32,000 bases of DNA from Promethearchaeum syntrophicum (GTDB lineage Archaea; Asgardarchaeota; Lokiarchaeia; Sigyniarchaeales; Promethearchaeaceae), in contig NZ_CP042905.2 of assembly GCF_008000775.2 (NCBI RefSeq), positions 2,100,001 to 2,132,000 of the forward strand, in the 5' to 3' direction. Position 1 is the stretch's first letter, and every line of letters starts with the position of its first letter. This document shows, piece after piece, positions 7,234-16,002 of this stretch. The notes under the pieces are model-generated. The model saw nothing but the letters and a program-made list of their open reading frames with translations, had not been told where the DNA came from and did not search any database. A program made the translations under genes and the position numbers.

Positions 7234-9066
7234 TTAATCGTAAAGGATTTCATCCCAAGGTTGCCTATAAAGACGAGCACGTTGGCGCTTCTGGTCAAAT
7301 ATATGTCCCATCATTCCAATTGATCTACCTAAAACAAAGAGACCGTTTAAGGCTTCGCTATCAATAATATCTTGTTTTTCTTCAGGGCTAAAGTCTGCGT
7401 TTTCAAGTAAATCTAAGAAGCATATTCCAATGCAACCATCTACATTTAATATCAAATTATTGCGTTTTGAAGTGGTTAGCTTTTCTACCTCTAAAGCATA
7501 ATCTAAATAAGGATGCTTTGGAAAGTTTTTTATGACAAATTCTTTCAAAAGAACCACACGAACATCAGGATTTTGAACAGATTTAATCCGATGTCCGATT
7601 CCGGGAATATTTTTCTTCTCAACTCTCTTCATATAATTGATAAATTCACTAGGTGTTTTTCCTGAATCCTTTGCCATTCTAAAGTATTTTGCTCCATCAG
7701 AGATTGCACCACCGAATCGAGGTCCAATGGTTAAAATACCTGAGGCTAATGAAGACATTAAGTCTTTACCTGCGCGAGCGGTTATTATTGCATTATGAGC
7801 TCCACTTACTGCTGGACCGTGATCTGCTGTAAGTTTAATTACCATTTCAACATATTTCTGAGCATATTCGGGTAATTCGCGTTTAAACCAAAGCATACCA
7901 ATTACATATCCAAGGGATTGATTTTCTTTAATTATTGCATCTAAACCTTTTTTATTGTATGTAGGCACATCTCCTCGGTCATCGGATATGGTGACTACAA
8001 CATCGGTTGGTCTTCGGACTAATCCCTCTTTTACCGCTTGAGCATAATCAATTGGCATTTTTGGAGGTTCAAAATCATCCACTGGATCAATTTTTCCTTC
8101 AGCTTTCAATTTATCAAAGGTTTCTTTTATTTTATCCCCTAATTCGTCATAAGTTTTCGGTACGATTGCTCCAATATCTTTCAATGCTTTGTTCTTTGCA
8201 TCAGCAGTTTCCAAATCGCTTCCAGCCATTGCTCCTGCGTGACCAAATTGCAGACCCTTCGGTAAAATACTTGCTGCGGTTCCAGTTACCCAAATAACCA
8301 ATGGTTTTTTGATTCTCCCATCTTTCAATGCCTCAACGATTTTATATTCATCAGTTCCACCGATTTCTCCTAAACAAACAAGCATTTTTATTTTAGGATT
8401 TTGCTCGTATCTGAGTAAATGATCAATTAACGAAGCCCCAGGATATCTGTCTCCTCCAATTGCAATACTCTCATAGACTCCATCAGAATTTTGGGCAATC
8501 ATAAAATTCATTTCATTACTCATACCACCTGATTTTGATACAAAACCTACTGATCCTGGTCGATATAATTTTGAAAGTACTACATTTTCTATAGTCCCTG
8601 CTGTATTTCCAATTTTAAAAGCACCTGCACGAATTCCTCCAACTGTGGCTGGCCCAATTATCATTTTTTTGCGTTCTCTAGCAATTTTTCCAAGAATACG
8701 ACTTTGACGTTCAGGAATCCCCTCGGCAATTATTGCAACAGTACGAATTGTGTCTGATTCTAATGCTTCCTTACTGGTTTCATATGAGGAGCGGAATGAT
8801 GCAAAATTAACCATTACATCTGCCTCAGGATGATTTCTTGTAGCCATTTCTAAACTCTTGTACACTGGGATTATAATTTCTTTCACCCCGAAAAATACTT
8901 TATGATATGCTACAGCATCATTTTGAGTTGGTCTAATAACTGCCGCAACAGAAGGTTTCTCCCTTTTGCAAACATAATCAAAATCAATCATCCGTTGAAT
9001 TGCGCGGGTTTGAAATCCATAAATAATTGCGCTTGTCTTTTCATTAAATAATTCGTAATCTTCCAT
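7234..9066 (-). CDS. aclA: ATP-citrate lyase, large (alpha) subunit
   Basis: 610 aa. Succinyl-CoA-synthetase-alpha-like N-terminal half with intact phosphohistidine loop LQFGHAGAMAG, and a citrate-synthase-like C-terminal half (GPAVSGAHNAIITARAG, GPRFGGA, IPGIGHRIKS). Starts 1 nt after the aclB stop. Same size and aclB-aclA order as the Chlorobium-type two-subunit enzyme. Confidence 0.92.
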   Translation of the reverse strand: MEDYELFNEKTSAIIYGFQTRAIQRMIDFDYVCKREKPSVAAVIRPTQNDAVAYHKVFFGVKEIIIPVYKSLEMATRNHPEADVMVNFASFRSSYETSKEALESDTIRTVAIIAEGIPERQSRILGKIARERKKMIIGPATVGGIRAGAFKIGNTAGTIENVVLSKLYRPGSVGFVSKSGGMSNEMNFMIAQNSDGVYESIAIGGDRYPGASLIDHLLRYEQNPKIKMLVCLGEIGGTDEYKIVEALKDGRIKKPLVIWVTGTAASILPKGLQFGHAGAMAGSDLETADAKNKALKDIGAIVPKTYDELGDKIKETFDKLKAEGKIDPVDDFEPPKMPIDYAQAVKEGLVRRPTDVVVTISDDRGDVPTYNKKGLDAIIKENQSLGYVIGMLWFKRELPEYAQKYVEMVIKLTADHGPAVSGAHNAIITARAGKDLMSSLASGILTIGPRFGGAISDGAKYFRMAKDSGKTPSEFINYMKRVEKKNIPGIGHRIKSVQNPDVRVVLLKEFVIKNFPKHPYLDYALEVEKLTTSKRNNLILNVDGCIGICFLDLLENADFSPEEKQDIIDSEALNGLFVLGRSIGMMGHIFDQKRQRARLYRQPWDEILYD

Positions 9067-9067
9067 T

Positions 9068-10351
9068 TTACTTATCTCCTTTCATTGCGAGTGGAACAAT
9101 TCGCGTTAATGGTGTGTACCTATCATGAACTTCAATAGGTAAATCTAATTCTTTTCCAATATCTTTCATTAATTGCAAACCTTCTTTTTCATAAGGACCG
9201 CCTCTACGAACATAAATCTTAACATTTGCTTTCTTGAGTTGATCTACTTTCTTTCTAAATACGCTTACGATTCCAAGGAAAGTTGCTTTAACATTGGTAA
9301 AGTTTGCTATTCCGCCTGCAATAAATAAATATTTGGGTTTATTGTTTGGAGCAGGATTTTTTGTCATTAAGTCAATTATTGCTCCTGCATATAATTCAGT
9401 ATATTCGCGTGAAGGATTGCCTGAATATTCCCCGTAATTGGCCAATTCACCACCAAATCCCAAATCTGCGATGGTATCTGTAAATATTACAGAGGCCCCT
9501 CCTCCAGATAATAATGTCCAAATTCTCCCATCTGGATTTAGAAGTTTGAATTTTAATGAAGCACCGGTTTTTGAATCTAGTTCATCAATATATTCTTCCT
9601 CCTTGGATAATTCTTGTCCAAACCCTCCGGGAAATTCAACTGGGTTCTCTGAATTATTCCATGTATTGCTATGAAGGAAATAAGCAGTATTATCTAATCG
9701 AGATTTCAAATCTAATGGAATTATTTCTTTTTTGGAGGTTATCGCAAAAGGATTAATTTCCAAAAAGGTAAAATCTTGATCTTGATAAACATGCAATAAT
9801 GCCTTTACAAATGGAATTAATACATCTGAATAATCTCCAACATCGGGTAGTTTTCCTGCAAAGTCAAAGGAATCAATATCCGAATCGAATGGAATTGGGA
9901 TATGAGTTACTTTATCCCAATTTTCTTCAACAAAGATTCCACCCTCTAAACTAAAATGAACAATATCATTATCTCTGTCTGAGGTTATGGAAATGTAGTA
10001 TTCGGTATCATGCGGAATGAAAGGTTCTACTAAAAGGCGTGTTAGAGTTCCTTTTTTACCACTAATTTCAAAAGTTTTATTCAATTTTTCAGCAGCAAAT
10101 GCTTTTAATTGCTTAAGATCTGCATCGAGTAATAATAAGTTTGCCTTACCTCGTTTTCCAAATAATTGGTCTGGTTTTGCGACCAATTTATCGGTTTTTA
10201 ACCAAGGTAATTCTTTTGCTAATTTATCAATGTCAGTATCTGGTGTTAACACCGCTAGTTTGCCATGAAATTCGAATTCTGGGAAATATTTGGGAAGTTC
10301 ACTTGCAATAAGTTTTTTCCCATCGTACTCGTAAATTGGTTTTGATGCCAT
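9068..10351 (-). CDS. aclB: ATP-citrate lyase, small (beta, ATP-grasp) subunit
   Basis: 427 aa. Succinyl-CoA-synthetase-beta/ATP-grasp-like: MASKPIYEYDGKKLI, LVAKPDQLFGKRGKANLLLL, FLEINPF, LANYGEYSGNPS, GGIANFTNVKATF. AAGGA lies 7 nt upstream of the ATG, in the 12-nt gap after acn. Confidence 0.9.
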   Translation of the reverse strand: MASKPIYEYDGKKLIASELPKYFPEFEFHGKLAVLTPDTDIDKLAKELPWLKTDKLVAKPDQLFGKRGKANLLLLDADLKQLKAFAAEKLNKTFEISGKKGTLTRLLVEPFIPHDTEYYISITSDRDNDIVHFSLEGGIFVEENWDKVTHIPIPFDSDIDSFDFAGKLPDVGDYSDVLIPFVKALLHVYQDQDFTFLEINPFAITSKKEIIPLDLKSRLDNTAYFLHSNTWNNSENPVEFPGGFGQELSKEEEYIDELDSKTGASLKFKLLNPDGRIWTLLSGGGASVIFTDTIADLGFGGELANYGEYSGNPSREYTELYAGAIIDLMTKNPAPNNKPKYLFIAGGIANFTNVKATFLGIVSVFRKKVDQLKKANVKIYVRRGGPYEKEGLQLMKDIGKELDLPIEVHDRYTPLTRIVPLAMKGDK

Positions 10352-10363
10352 TTTGTTTTCCTT

Positions 10364-12298
10364 CTATTTTTGACTCGCGTAATTTAATTTTCCACCTAAG
10401 ACAATTATCTCTCGATCTCGGTCTGATAAATCATATGTCACTTTAAAATCAAGATGTTTTGTCTTATTATGAACAATAATTGGTTTAATTCCATCCCTAA
10501 TTGATTGTTTGACATTAGGAATTGTTAGAATGTCTCCTAGATCCAATTTATCGAAATCTTCTGGATTTACAAATGTGAGTGGTAAAATACCAGAGTTAAT
10601 CAGATTATCACGATGAATTCGTGCAAATGATTTCGCGATTTTGAATTTTATTCCAAGATACATTGGAGCTAAAGCTGCATGTTCTCGGCTCGAACCTTGT
10701 CCATAATTATCACCTGCGATTATTGCACCTCCACCATGAGGTTTCTCCTTTAATGCTCGTTCTGCAAAATCTGGATCAATTTGTTCAAATACATGTTTAC
10801 TGATTTCAGGTAAATTACTTCTTAAGGGCAAAATCTTGGCTCCTGCTGGCATGATATGATCAGTGGTAATATCATCTTCAACTTTGATTACAACCTTTAC
10901 ACTTCCAAATGATTCAGTTAATGGTAGAAAATCTGGTAAAGGTGCGATATTAGGTCCACGAATAATTTCTATTTTACTACCATCTTCTGCAGGGTCTAAA
11001 ATCATGGAATCGTCGAGTTCGATCTTCTTTGGGAAATCAAATTTAGGATAAGCACCGAGTTTTTTTGGATCAGTAATTTCACCATAAACAGCAACAGCTA
11101 CAGCCACTTCTGGGCTTACAAGATAAGCTTGAGCACTTTTGTTACCTGTTCTCCCGAAGAAATTTCGGTTATATGTACGAACAACAATAGCACCTGTCTT
11201 AGGTGCGAATCCCATTCCAATACATGGTCCACAAGCAGATTCAAATACTCGCGCTCCTGATGAAATAATGTTTGCAAGTGCACCATCTTTAGCTAATTGA
11301 GTCATAACTTGTCTTGATCCTGGGGAAATTCCTAAAACTGTATCTGGATGAATTTTTCTGCCTTTTAGAAGTGTTGCGACTGTTTCCAAATCCTTCAGAG
11401 AACTATTTGTGCAAGATCCAATAGATACTTGATCTACTTTCAGTCCATATAACTCTGATAATTTTACAACATTTCCCGGTGAGTGTGGTTTAGCCACCAT
11501 CGGTTCCAATTCAGAAAGATTAATTTCCATGATTTCATCATAATCTTCTTCGGTTCCTTCAGGGATTTCATTCCAATGATCTTCGCGACCTTCCATTTTA
11601 AGGAATTCTTTGGTGATTTCATCTGATGGGAAAATCGATGTGGTGGCTCCAGTTTCTGCACCCATATTTGTAATGGTGGCTCTTTCTGGAACAGAAAGGG
11701 TTTTAATTCCCGGACCAAAGTATTCTAAGATTTTTCCCCGACCACCCTTTACAGTTAAGATTCTTAAAACTTCCAAAATAACATCTTTAGCTGTAACGTA
11801 ATCTGGTAATTTTCCAGTAAGCTTAATACCTAAAATTTTTGGAGTTTTTAGATAGAATAGGCCCCCTCCCATAGCAACTGCTACGTCTAAGCCTCCAACT
11901 CCTATTGCAATTTGTCCCATTCCACCGGCTGTTGGTGTATGAGAGTCTGAGCCAACCAATGTCTTTCCTGGAGTAGCAAAACGCTCTAAGAAAACTTGGT
12001 GACAGATTCCATTTCCTGGTCGAGAAAATTTAATTCCATATTTTGCAGCTACGGATTGTAAATACCGATGATCATCAGGATTCTTAAAATCTGTTTGTAG
12101 TGTATTATGATCTACAAACGATACTGACAACTCAGTTTTTACATGATCTAATTTCATAGCTTCAAATTGGAGATAAGCCATAGTTCCTGTTGCGTCTTGA
12201 GTCAGAGTGTGATCGATCTTAATACCTATTTCTTTTCCAACTTCAAAGGTTCCTTCAACAAGATGTTTTTGTAATACGGATTTTGCAATTGATGTCAT
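10364..12298 (-). CDS. acn: Aconitate hydratase, short (about 645-aa, Aquifex-type) form
   Basis: 644 aa. Aconitase-family Fe-S/substrate motifs VGSDSHTPTAGG, IGSCTNSS and CGPCIGMG, plus the swivel-domain GDNYGQGSSREHAALAP. The aconitase call (rather than homoaconitase or IPM isomerase) rests on operon context with ACL and IDH. Confidence 0.85.
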   Translation of the reverse strand: MTSIAKSVLQKHLVEGTFEVGKEIGIKIDHTLTQDATGTMAYLQFEAMKLDHVKTELSVSFVDHNTLQTDFKNPDDHRYLQSVAAKYGIKFSRPGNGICHQVFLERFATPGKTLVGSDSHTPTAGGMGQIAIGVGGLDVAVAMGGGLFYLKTPKILGIKLTGKLPDYVTAKDVILEVLRILTVKGGRGKILEYFGPGIKTLSVPERATITNMGAETGATTSIFPSDEITKEFLKMEGREDHWNEIPEGTEEDYDEIMEINLSELEPMVAKPHSPGNVVKLSELYGLKVDQVSIGSCTNSSLKDLETVATLLKGRKIHPDTVLGISPGSRQVMTQLAKDGALANIISSGARVFESACGPCIGMGFAPKTGAIVVRTYNRNFFGRTGNKSAQAYLVSPEVAVAVAVYGEITDPKKLGAYPKFDFPKKIELDDSMILDPAEDGSKIEIIRGPNIAPLPDFLPLTESFGSVKVVIKVEDDITTDHIMPAGAKILPLRSNLPEISKHVFEQIDPDFAERALKEKPHGGGAIIAGDNYGQGSSREHAALAPMYLGIKFKIAKSFARIHRDNLINSGILPLTFVNPEDFDKLDLGDILTIPNVKQSIRDGIKPIIVHNKTKHLDFKVTYDLSDRDREIIVLGGKLNYASQK

Positions 12299-12508
12299 AT
12301 TTCTAACACGAAAAAATTTTTATTATGGAAAGTATGTTCCTTTCCTTTAAAAAAAATCCCCTTTTTTTAAAAAAAACGACCAAAGTCCAATAAAAAAACA
12401 AAAAAAAGGCGGTTAATGGTTGAAATATCACTCAATATTTTACCAAAACCTTAAATAAAAAAAAAATTTCTTACTTGTTAGGATTTAAGATTTTTCAAGG
12501 TATAAAAT

Positions 12509-13612
12509 ATGTCAATTGAACTCTTCCCAAAGAAAGATAATGAGAAAATCGTTTTATATAGTTTAGCCAAATATCCCGGTTTACCAGATAAGGATATATC
12601 AAAGATATTGGGCATAAAAGTCTCAACATTTACATCAATAAAAAAGAGATTAAAAAAGGATGATTATTTTAAACTTATTCTTGTTCCAGATTTGAAATAC
12701 ATGGGTTGTGAATTCTTGGGTGTGATTTTTACAAGTTTTAATCCCATTATTTCTCTTGAAGAAAGGCTTAAGATAACTAAAGAAACAATTGAAGTATCTG
12801 ATGAGATTTTTCTCTCGATTGGTGATCCCGAGAAAGGATTTTCTTTAAGCTTAAACGAAAATTATACAAATTTTGTTCGAATCAACGATAAACGAACAAC
12901 TACTTTCGGTAAGGAAGGATTACTCGAGAAAGAATATCCAAATGAGATTATATTCCCATTTCCAACCTCTAAAACCTTTGAATTCTTTAATTATGGAAAA
13001 TCTTTGAAAAAAATTTTTAATATTGATAATATTTTGAATATCCCAAAGGAATCTGAAAAGGCGGGAGAGATCCTTGAAAAAAAGATAAAAAAATTTGATT
13101 TTATTGAAGAAAAAGGAAATATTAAACTGAAAGCAAATGAAAAAATGGTATTTTTATCTTTAATCAATAATCCTGAGGCAACTCTTCAAGAAATCGCCGA
13201 TAAAATCAAACTTACTCGACACACAGTGTCTCGAATTAAGAAAGGATTTTTTGAAAAAGGATTACTAAAGTATTTAACTATACCAAATCTAAAAAAGATA
13301 GGCTATGGTTTGCTGGCTTTTTATCATTTTAAATTTAGTCCACAGAATCCACCAACGGATGAAGATTTTGAACAATTAAATTCAGATTCAACTGTATATT
13401 TCGTTGGTAAAAAATTCGAAGCACTTATGATTTCGCTCTATAAAGATTATGATGCTTATAAAATCGATAAAACAGAGAAATTTACTTATCTTAAACTGAA
13501 AGAGTTGATTATTTTTGATCCTGAAATTCGACGATATACATTCGATCGGCTAGTAATTATTAAAGATATGGTTTTTGAACCTATTACAGAAAAAATATTG
13601 AAAAATAATTAG
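12509..13612 (+). CDS. Internally duplicated winged-HTH protein (putative transcription regulator), divergent from the acn operon
   Basis: 367 aa with two homologous halves. Each half has a wHTH followed by a hydrophobic beta segment. Half 1: VLYSLAKYPGLPDKDISKILGIKVSTFTSIKKRLKKDDYFKLILVPDLKYMGCEFLGVIFTSF. Half 2: VFLSLINNPEATLQEIADKIKLTRHTVSRIKKGFFEKGLLKYLTIPNLKKIGYGLLAFYHFKF. Confidence 0.6.
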   Translation: MSIELFPKKDNEKIVLYSLAKYPGLPDKDISKILGIKVSTFTSIKKRLKKDDYFKLILVPDLKYMGCEFLGVIFTSFNPIISLEERLKITKETIEVSDEIFLSIGDPEKGFSLSLNENYTNFVRINDKRTTTFGKEGLLEKEYPNEIIFPFPTSKTFEFFNYGKSLKKIFNIDNILNIPKESEKAGEILEKKIKKFDFIEEKGNIKLKANEKMVFLSLINNPEATLQEIADKIKLTRHTVSRIKKGFFEKGLLKYLTIPNLKKIGYGLLAFYHFKFSPQNPPTDEDFEQLNSDSTVYFVGKKFEALMISLYKDYDAYKIDKTEKFTYLKLKELIIFDPEIRRYTFDRLVIIKDMVFEPITEKILKNN

Positions 13613-13618
13613 AAATAA

Positions 13619-13816
13619 CTAACCTCCCCCGAACATGTGGATGGCTAACACGTTATCTCCATCTTTAATATACGTTGAGGAATATTCGCTGTCTGGAATG
13701 AAAACATCATTAATTTTGACTGTGATATTTGGAAATGTATAATTCTTAATTTCTAATAGTTTCTTCACGGTTAGATTTTCAAACCATTCTGAAGGTCGAT
13801 TATTGAGTTGAATCAT
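13619..13816 (-). CDS. ThiS/MoaD-family ubiquitin-like small sulfur-carrier/modifier protein (C-terminal GGG)
   Basis: 65 aa: MIQLNNRPSEWFENLTVKKLLEIKNYTFPNITVKINDVFIPDSEYSSTYIKDGDNVLAIHMFGGG. It follows the ThiS pattern (M-I-x-N...TV-x-LL...V-x-N-x-x-[IV]-P...DGD-x-[VI]...GG-stop). No E1/ThiF, ThiG or MoaE gene is adjacent. Confidence 0.7.
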   Translation of the reverse strand: MIQLNNRPSEWFENLTVKKLLEIKNYTFPNITVKINDVFIPDSEYSSTYIKDGDNVLAIHMFGGG

Positions 13817-13929
13817 TCCGAATCCTAATCGATTAAAGTAAATGGTTTTGAAAAATGTTATTATAATAAATTTTTATAGTTATAAAGAAATACTACAAGA
13901 TAAGATATTTTTAATCTAAAGGTGAGAAA

Positions 13930-14376
13930 ATGACTGGAAAAATAAAAAATGGAGATACTGTGAGCGTTACATACACAGGAACTTTTGATAACGGGGAAAT
14001 CTTTGATTCCTCTGATATGCATGATGGAGAGCCTATAGTGTTTGAAGTGGGAGCACATCAAGTAATTGCAGGTTTTGAAAACGCTGTGGTTGATAAAGAA
14101 CTAGGTGAAGAAATATCAATTCGTTTAGAACCTAAAGATGCTTATGGAGAACGAGATGAAAAGGCAATTCAAACTATTCCAAAAGAAGAATTGGGATTAG
14201 AAGCTGAGCCACAAGTGGGAATGCAACTAATGTTCCAACATCAACATGGTGATCATACTCATCAGATCCCGGGTCTTATTACCGAGGTGACCGATATAGA
14301 AATTATAGTTGATATGAATCATCCGATGGCAGGTAAAACGCTAAATTTCAAACTGAAAATTGAATCTGTTAAATAA
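13930..14376 (+). CDS. SlyD-like short FKBP-type peptidyl-prolyl cis-trans isomerase with insert-in-flap domain
   Basis: 148 aa. GDTVSVTYTGTFDNGEIFDSS, VFEVGAHQVIAGFENAV, EPKDAYGERD and VDMNHPMAGKTLNFKLKIESV are canonical SlyD/archaeal FKBP17-18 motifs. AGGTGAG ribosome-binding site 3 nt upstream of the ATG. Confidence 0.9.
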   Translation: MTGKIKNGDTVSVTYTGTFDNGEIFDSSDMHDGEPIVFEVGAHQVIAGFENAVVDKELGEEISIRLEPKDAYGERDEKAIQTIPKEELGLEAEPQVGMQLMFQHQHGDHTHQIPGLITEVTDIEIIVDMNHPMAGKTLNFKLKIESVK

Positions 14377-14384
14377 AAACAAAT

Positions 14385-14413
14385 AAAAAAAAAAAGTAAT
14401 GAATTTTTTTTTT
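14385..14413. terminator. A11-N8-T10 element between convergent genes; candidate bidirectional oligo-T terminator
   Basis: A11 at 14385-14395, GTAATGAA, then T10 at 14404-14413. It gives a T-run on each strand downstream of the FKBP gene (+) and of the 487-aa membrane protein gene (-). Confidence 0.35.
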
Positions 14414-14458
14414 CGATATTGCAGATTTTATTCGATTCCTTAAGTTTGCAGAAAAGAA

Positions 14459-15922
14459 TTATTTTTCAACTTGGTTTTTATTCTTTTCTTTATTTTTTTT
14501 AATCAACGGAATAGCTAATGTGATGGATGTCAAAATCCCTATAAAAATAATTAAATGTAGTTGTGATTCTACATAGGTAGTTGGAATCTCTTCATAGGTC
14601 CAATTGCTCAATAATCTAATTAATATATTTGGAATGAATACAATTAAATTAAGAATGAGTGCTCCCAAAAAGATGTTTATCTTGAATCTGTGTTGCATGA
14701 AAAGTAATCCAAAATTAATGATTCCGAGAATTATTATTGAGATAGTATAAAATGACCAAGTTTGCATCATGCCGGGATAAAATCCAATTAACTCAATAAA
14801 ATATATCATTTTGATATAATTGCTATTGTTACTCAGTTTTTCTTTTAGGTTATTTGAATTTAAAAACAATTGAATCAAAGCCATAATTTGGAATCCAATA
14901 AACATTATCCAAATATATATTACATGGAAGGCAATCACTGGAGAATAACGTGAAATCCATGTGGATCTCTCAATAAATTCTATAAAATAAAATGATGTTC
15001 CCGATAAAAATAATCCATATAAAATCGTAGGTAAATTGATTTTAATTTTAGAGGTATTTTTAAATTTAATAACGATGCAACCAATCACTGCACATAAAAT
15101 GCTAACAATCATTATTTGTTTGATATATATAAAACCAAATTCAAATCCAAAAAAGAACGCAAAATTTCCGAGAGTAAAATAAACAATGAAGAATAATAGA
15201 TTCAATTGGTCTTTTTTAGATCCCGAAAGAAGAGAAAATCCAATTCCTAGACAACTAACAATTAATATCACCAAAAATAAAGCTTGAGGTAGTTGAAAAG
15301 TCTTTATTCCCAAATTTGTACTATCATATCTCCAATAAGTTAAAGAGAGGAATACCAGAAAAAAAAGGTATTGAATTCCAAATAAAATTAAATTTTTACC
15401 CTTTTCTTGTGCACGGGGTTTAAGAGAAAGCCAAATAGAAATCATTGCAAGAATACAGCTGATGGAAATTATAATATAAGAAATAACTTCTTTTGTAACA
15501 GTAGCAGGGAAACCCCAAAGAGTTGTCACATTATGTACAGTGAAGAGTAGTATGATATCAAGAATGAAAATTATTATAGAAAGAATCAATGAAAATTTGA
15601 TATCCTTTCCAGAAACCGAAACTCGATATAAAATTGGTTCGGGGGAAATTTTTTCACTTACATCCTCTGCATCCTTTTCATCGGAAATTTGAGTATTTTT
15701 TTGTTCTTTTAAATTTATTCCCTTGAAAATCATTAAAAGAATTATAATCAAGGTAGTAAGGCCAGTTACAATTTCAAGAAAATTAATACTAGACCATTTG
15801 AAAAAACAAACATACGGAATAAATATCATTAAAAAAATTTGTAAATTCTTCTTAAGTTGGATTTTTTTCTTTTCTTTTTCTTCCTGATTTCGGGAAGCCA
15901 TTATGGGTGTTTTCGACGCCAT
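14459..15922 (-). CDS. Large polytopic integral membrane protein, unknown family
   Basis: 487 aa. Lys/Glu-rich N-terminus (MASKTPIMASRNQEEKEKKKIQLKK), then roughly 12-14 hydrophobic helices and a basic C-terminus (KKNKEKNKNQVEK). I recognise no catalytic or transporter signature. Confidence 0.65.
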   Translation of the reverse strand: MASKTPIMASRNQEEKEKKKIQLKKNLQIFLMIFIPYVCFFKWSSINFLEIVTGLTTLIIILLMIFKGINLKEQKNTQISDEKDAEDVSEKISPEPILYRVSVSGKDIKFSLILSIIIFILDIILLFTVHNVTTLWGFPATVTKEVISYIIISISCILAMISIWLSLKPRAQEKGKNLILFGIQYLFFLVFLSLTYWRYDSTNLGIKTFQLPQALFLVILIVSCLGIGFSLLSGSKKDQLNLLFFIVYFTLGNFAFFFGFEFGFIYIKQIMIVSILCAVIGCIVIKFKNTSKIKINLPTILYGLFLSGTSFYFIEFIERSTWISRYSPVIAFHVIYIWIMFIGFQIMALIQLFLNSNNLKEKLSNNSNYIKMIYFIELIGFYPGMMQTWSFYTISIIILGIINFGLLFMQHRFKINIFLGALILNLIVFIPNILIRLLSNWTYEEIPTTYVESQLHLIIFIGILTSITLAIPLIKKNKEKNKNQVEK

Positions 15923-16002
15923 AAATGTAATAAATCAAAACGACAATATAGTTTGATTCCTTCATACTCATAATTTACCATATGATACCTTATGATTTTT
16001 CA

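Noticed and set aside
4949-12298. Idea that the acn-acl-icd block is a recently acquired genomic island because it looks slightly more GC-rich than its neighbours.
   Set aside because: There are no flanking integrase, tRNA or direct repeats. Highly conserved enzymes are typically less AT-biased than surface or hypothetical proteins in AT-rich genomes. Composition was judged only by eye. Ancient transfer remains possible and is treated in the findings.
12349-12376. A8-TCCCC-T7-A8 tract that could form an A/T hairpin in the acn/regulator intergenic region.
   Set aside because: A pure A-T stem is thermodynamically weak, and homopolymer tracts are common in this AT-rich DNA. It is noted only as context in the regulator finding.
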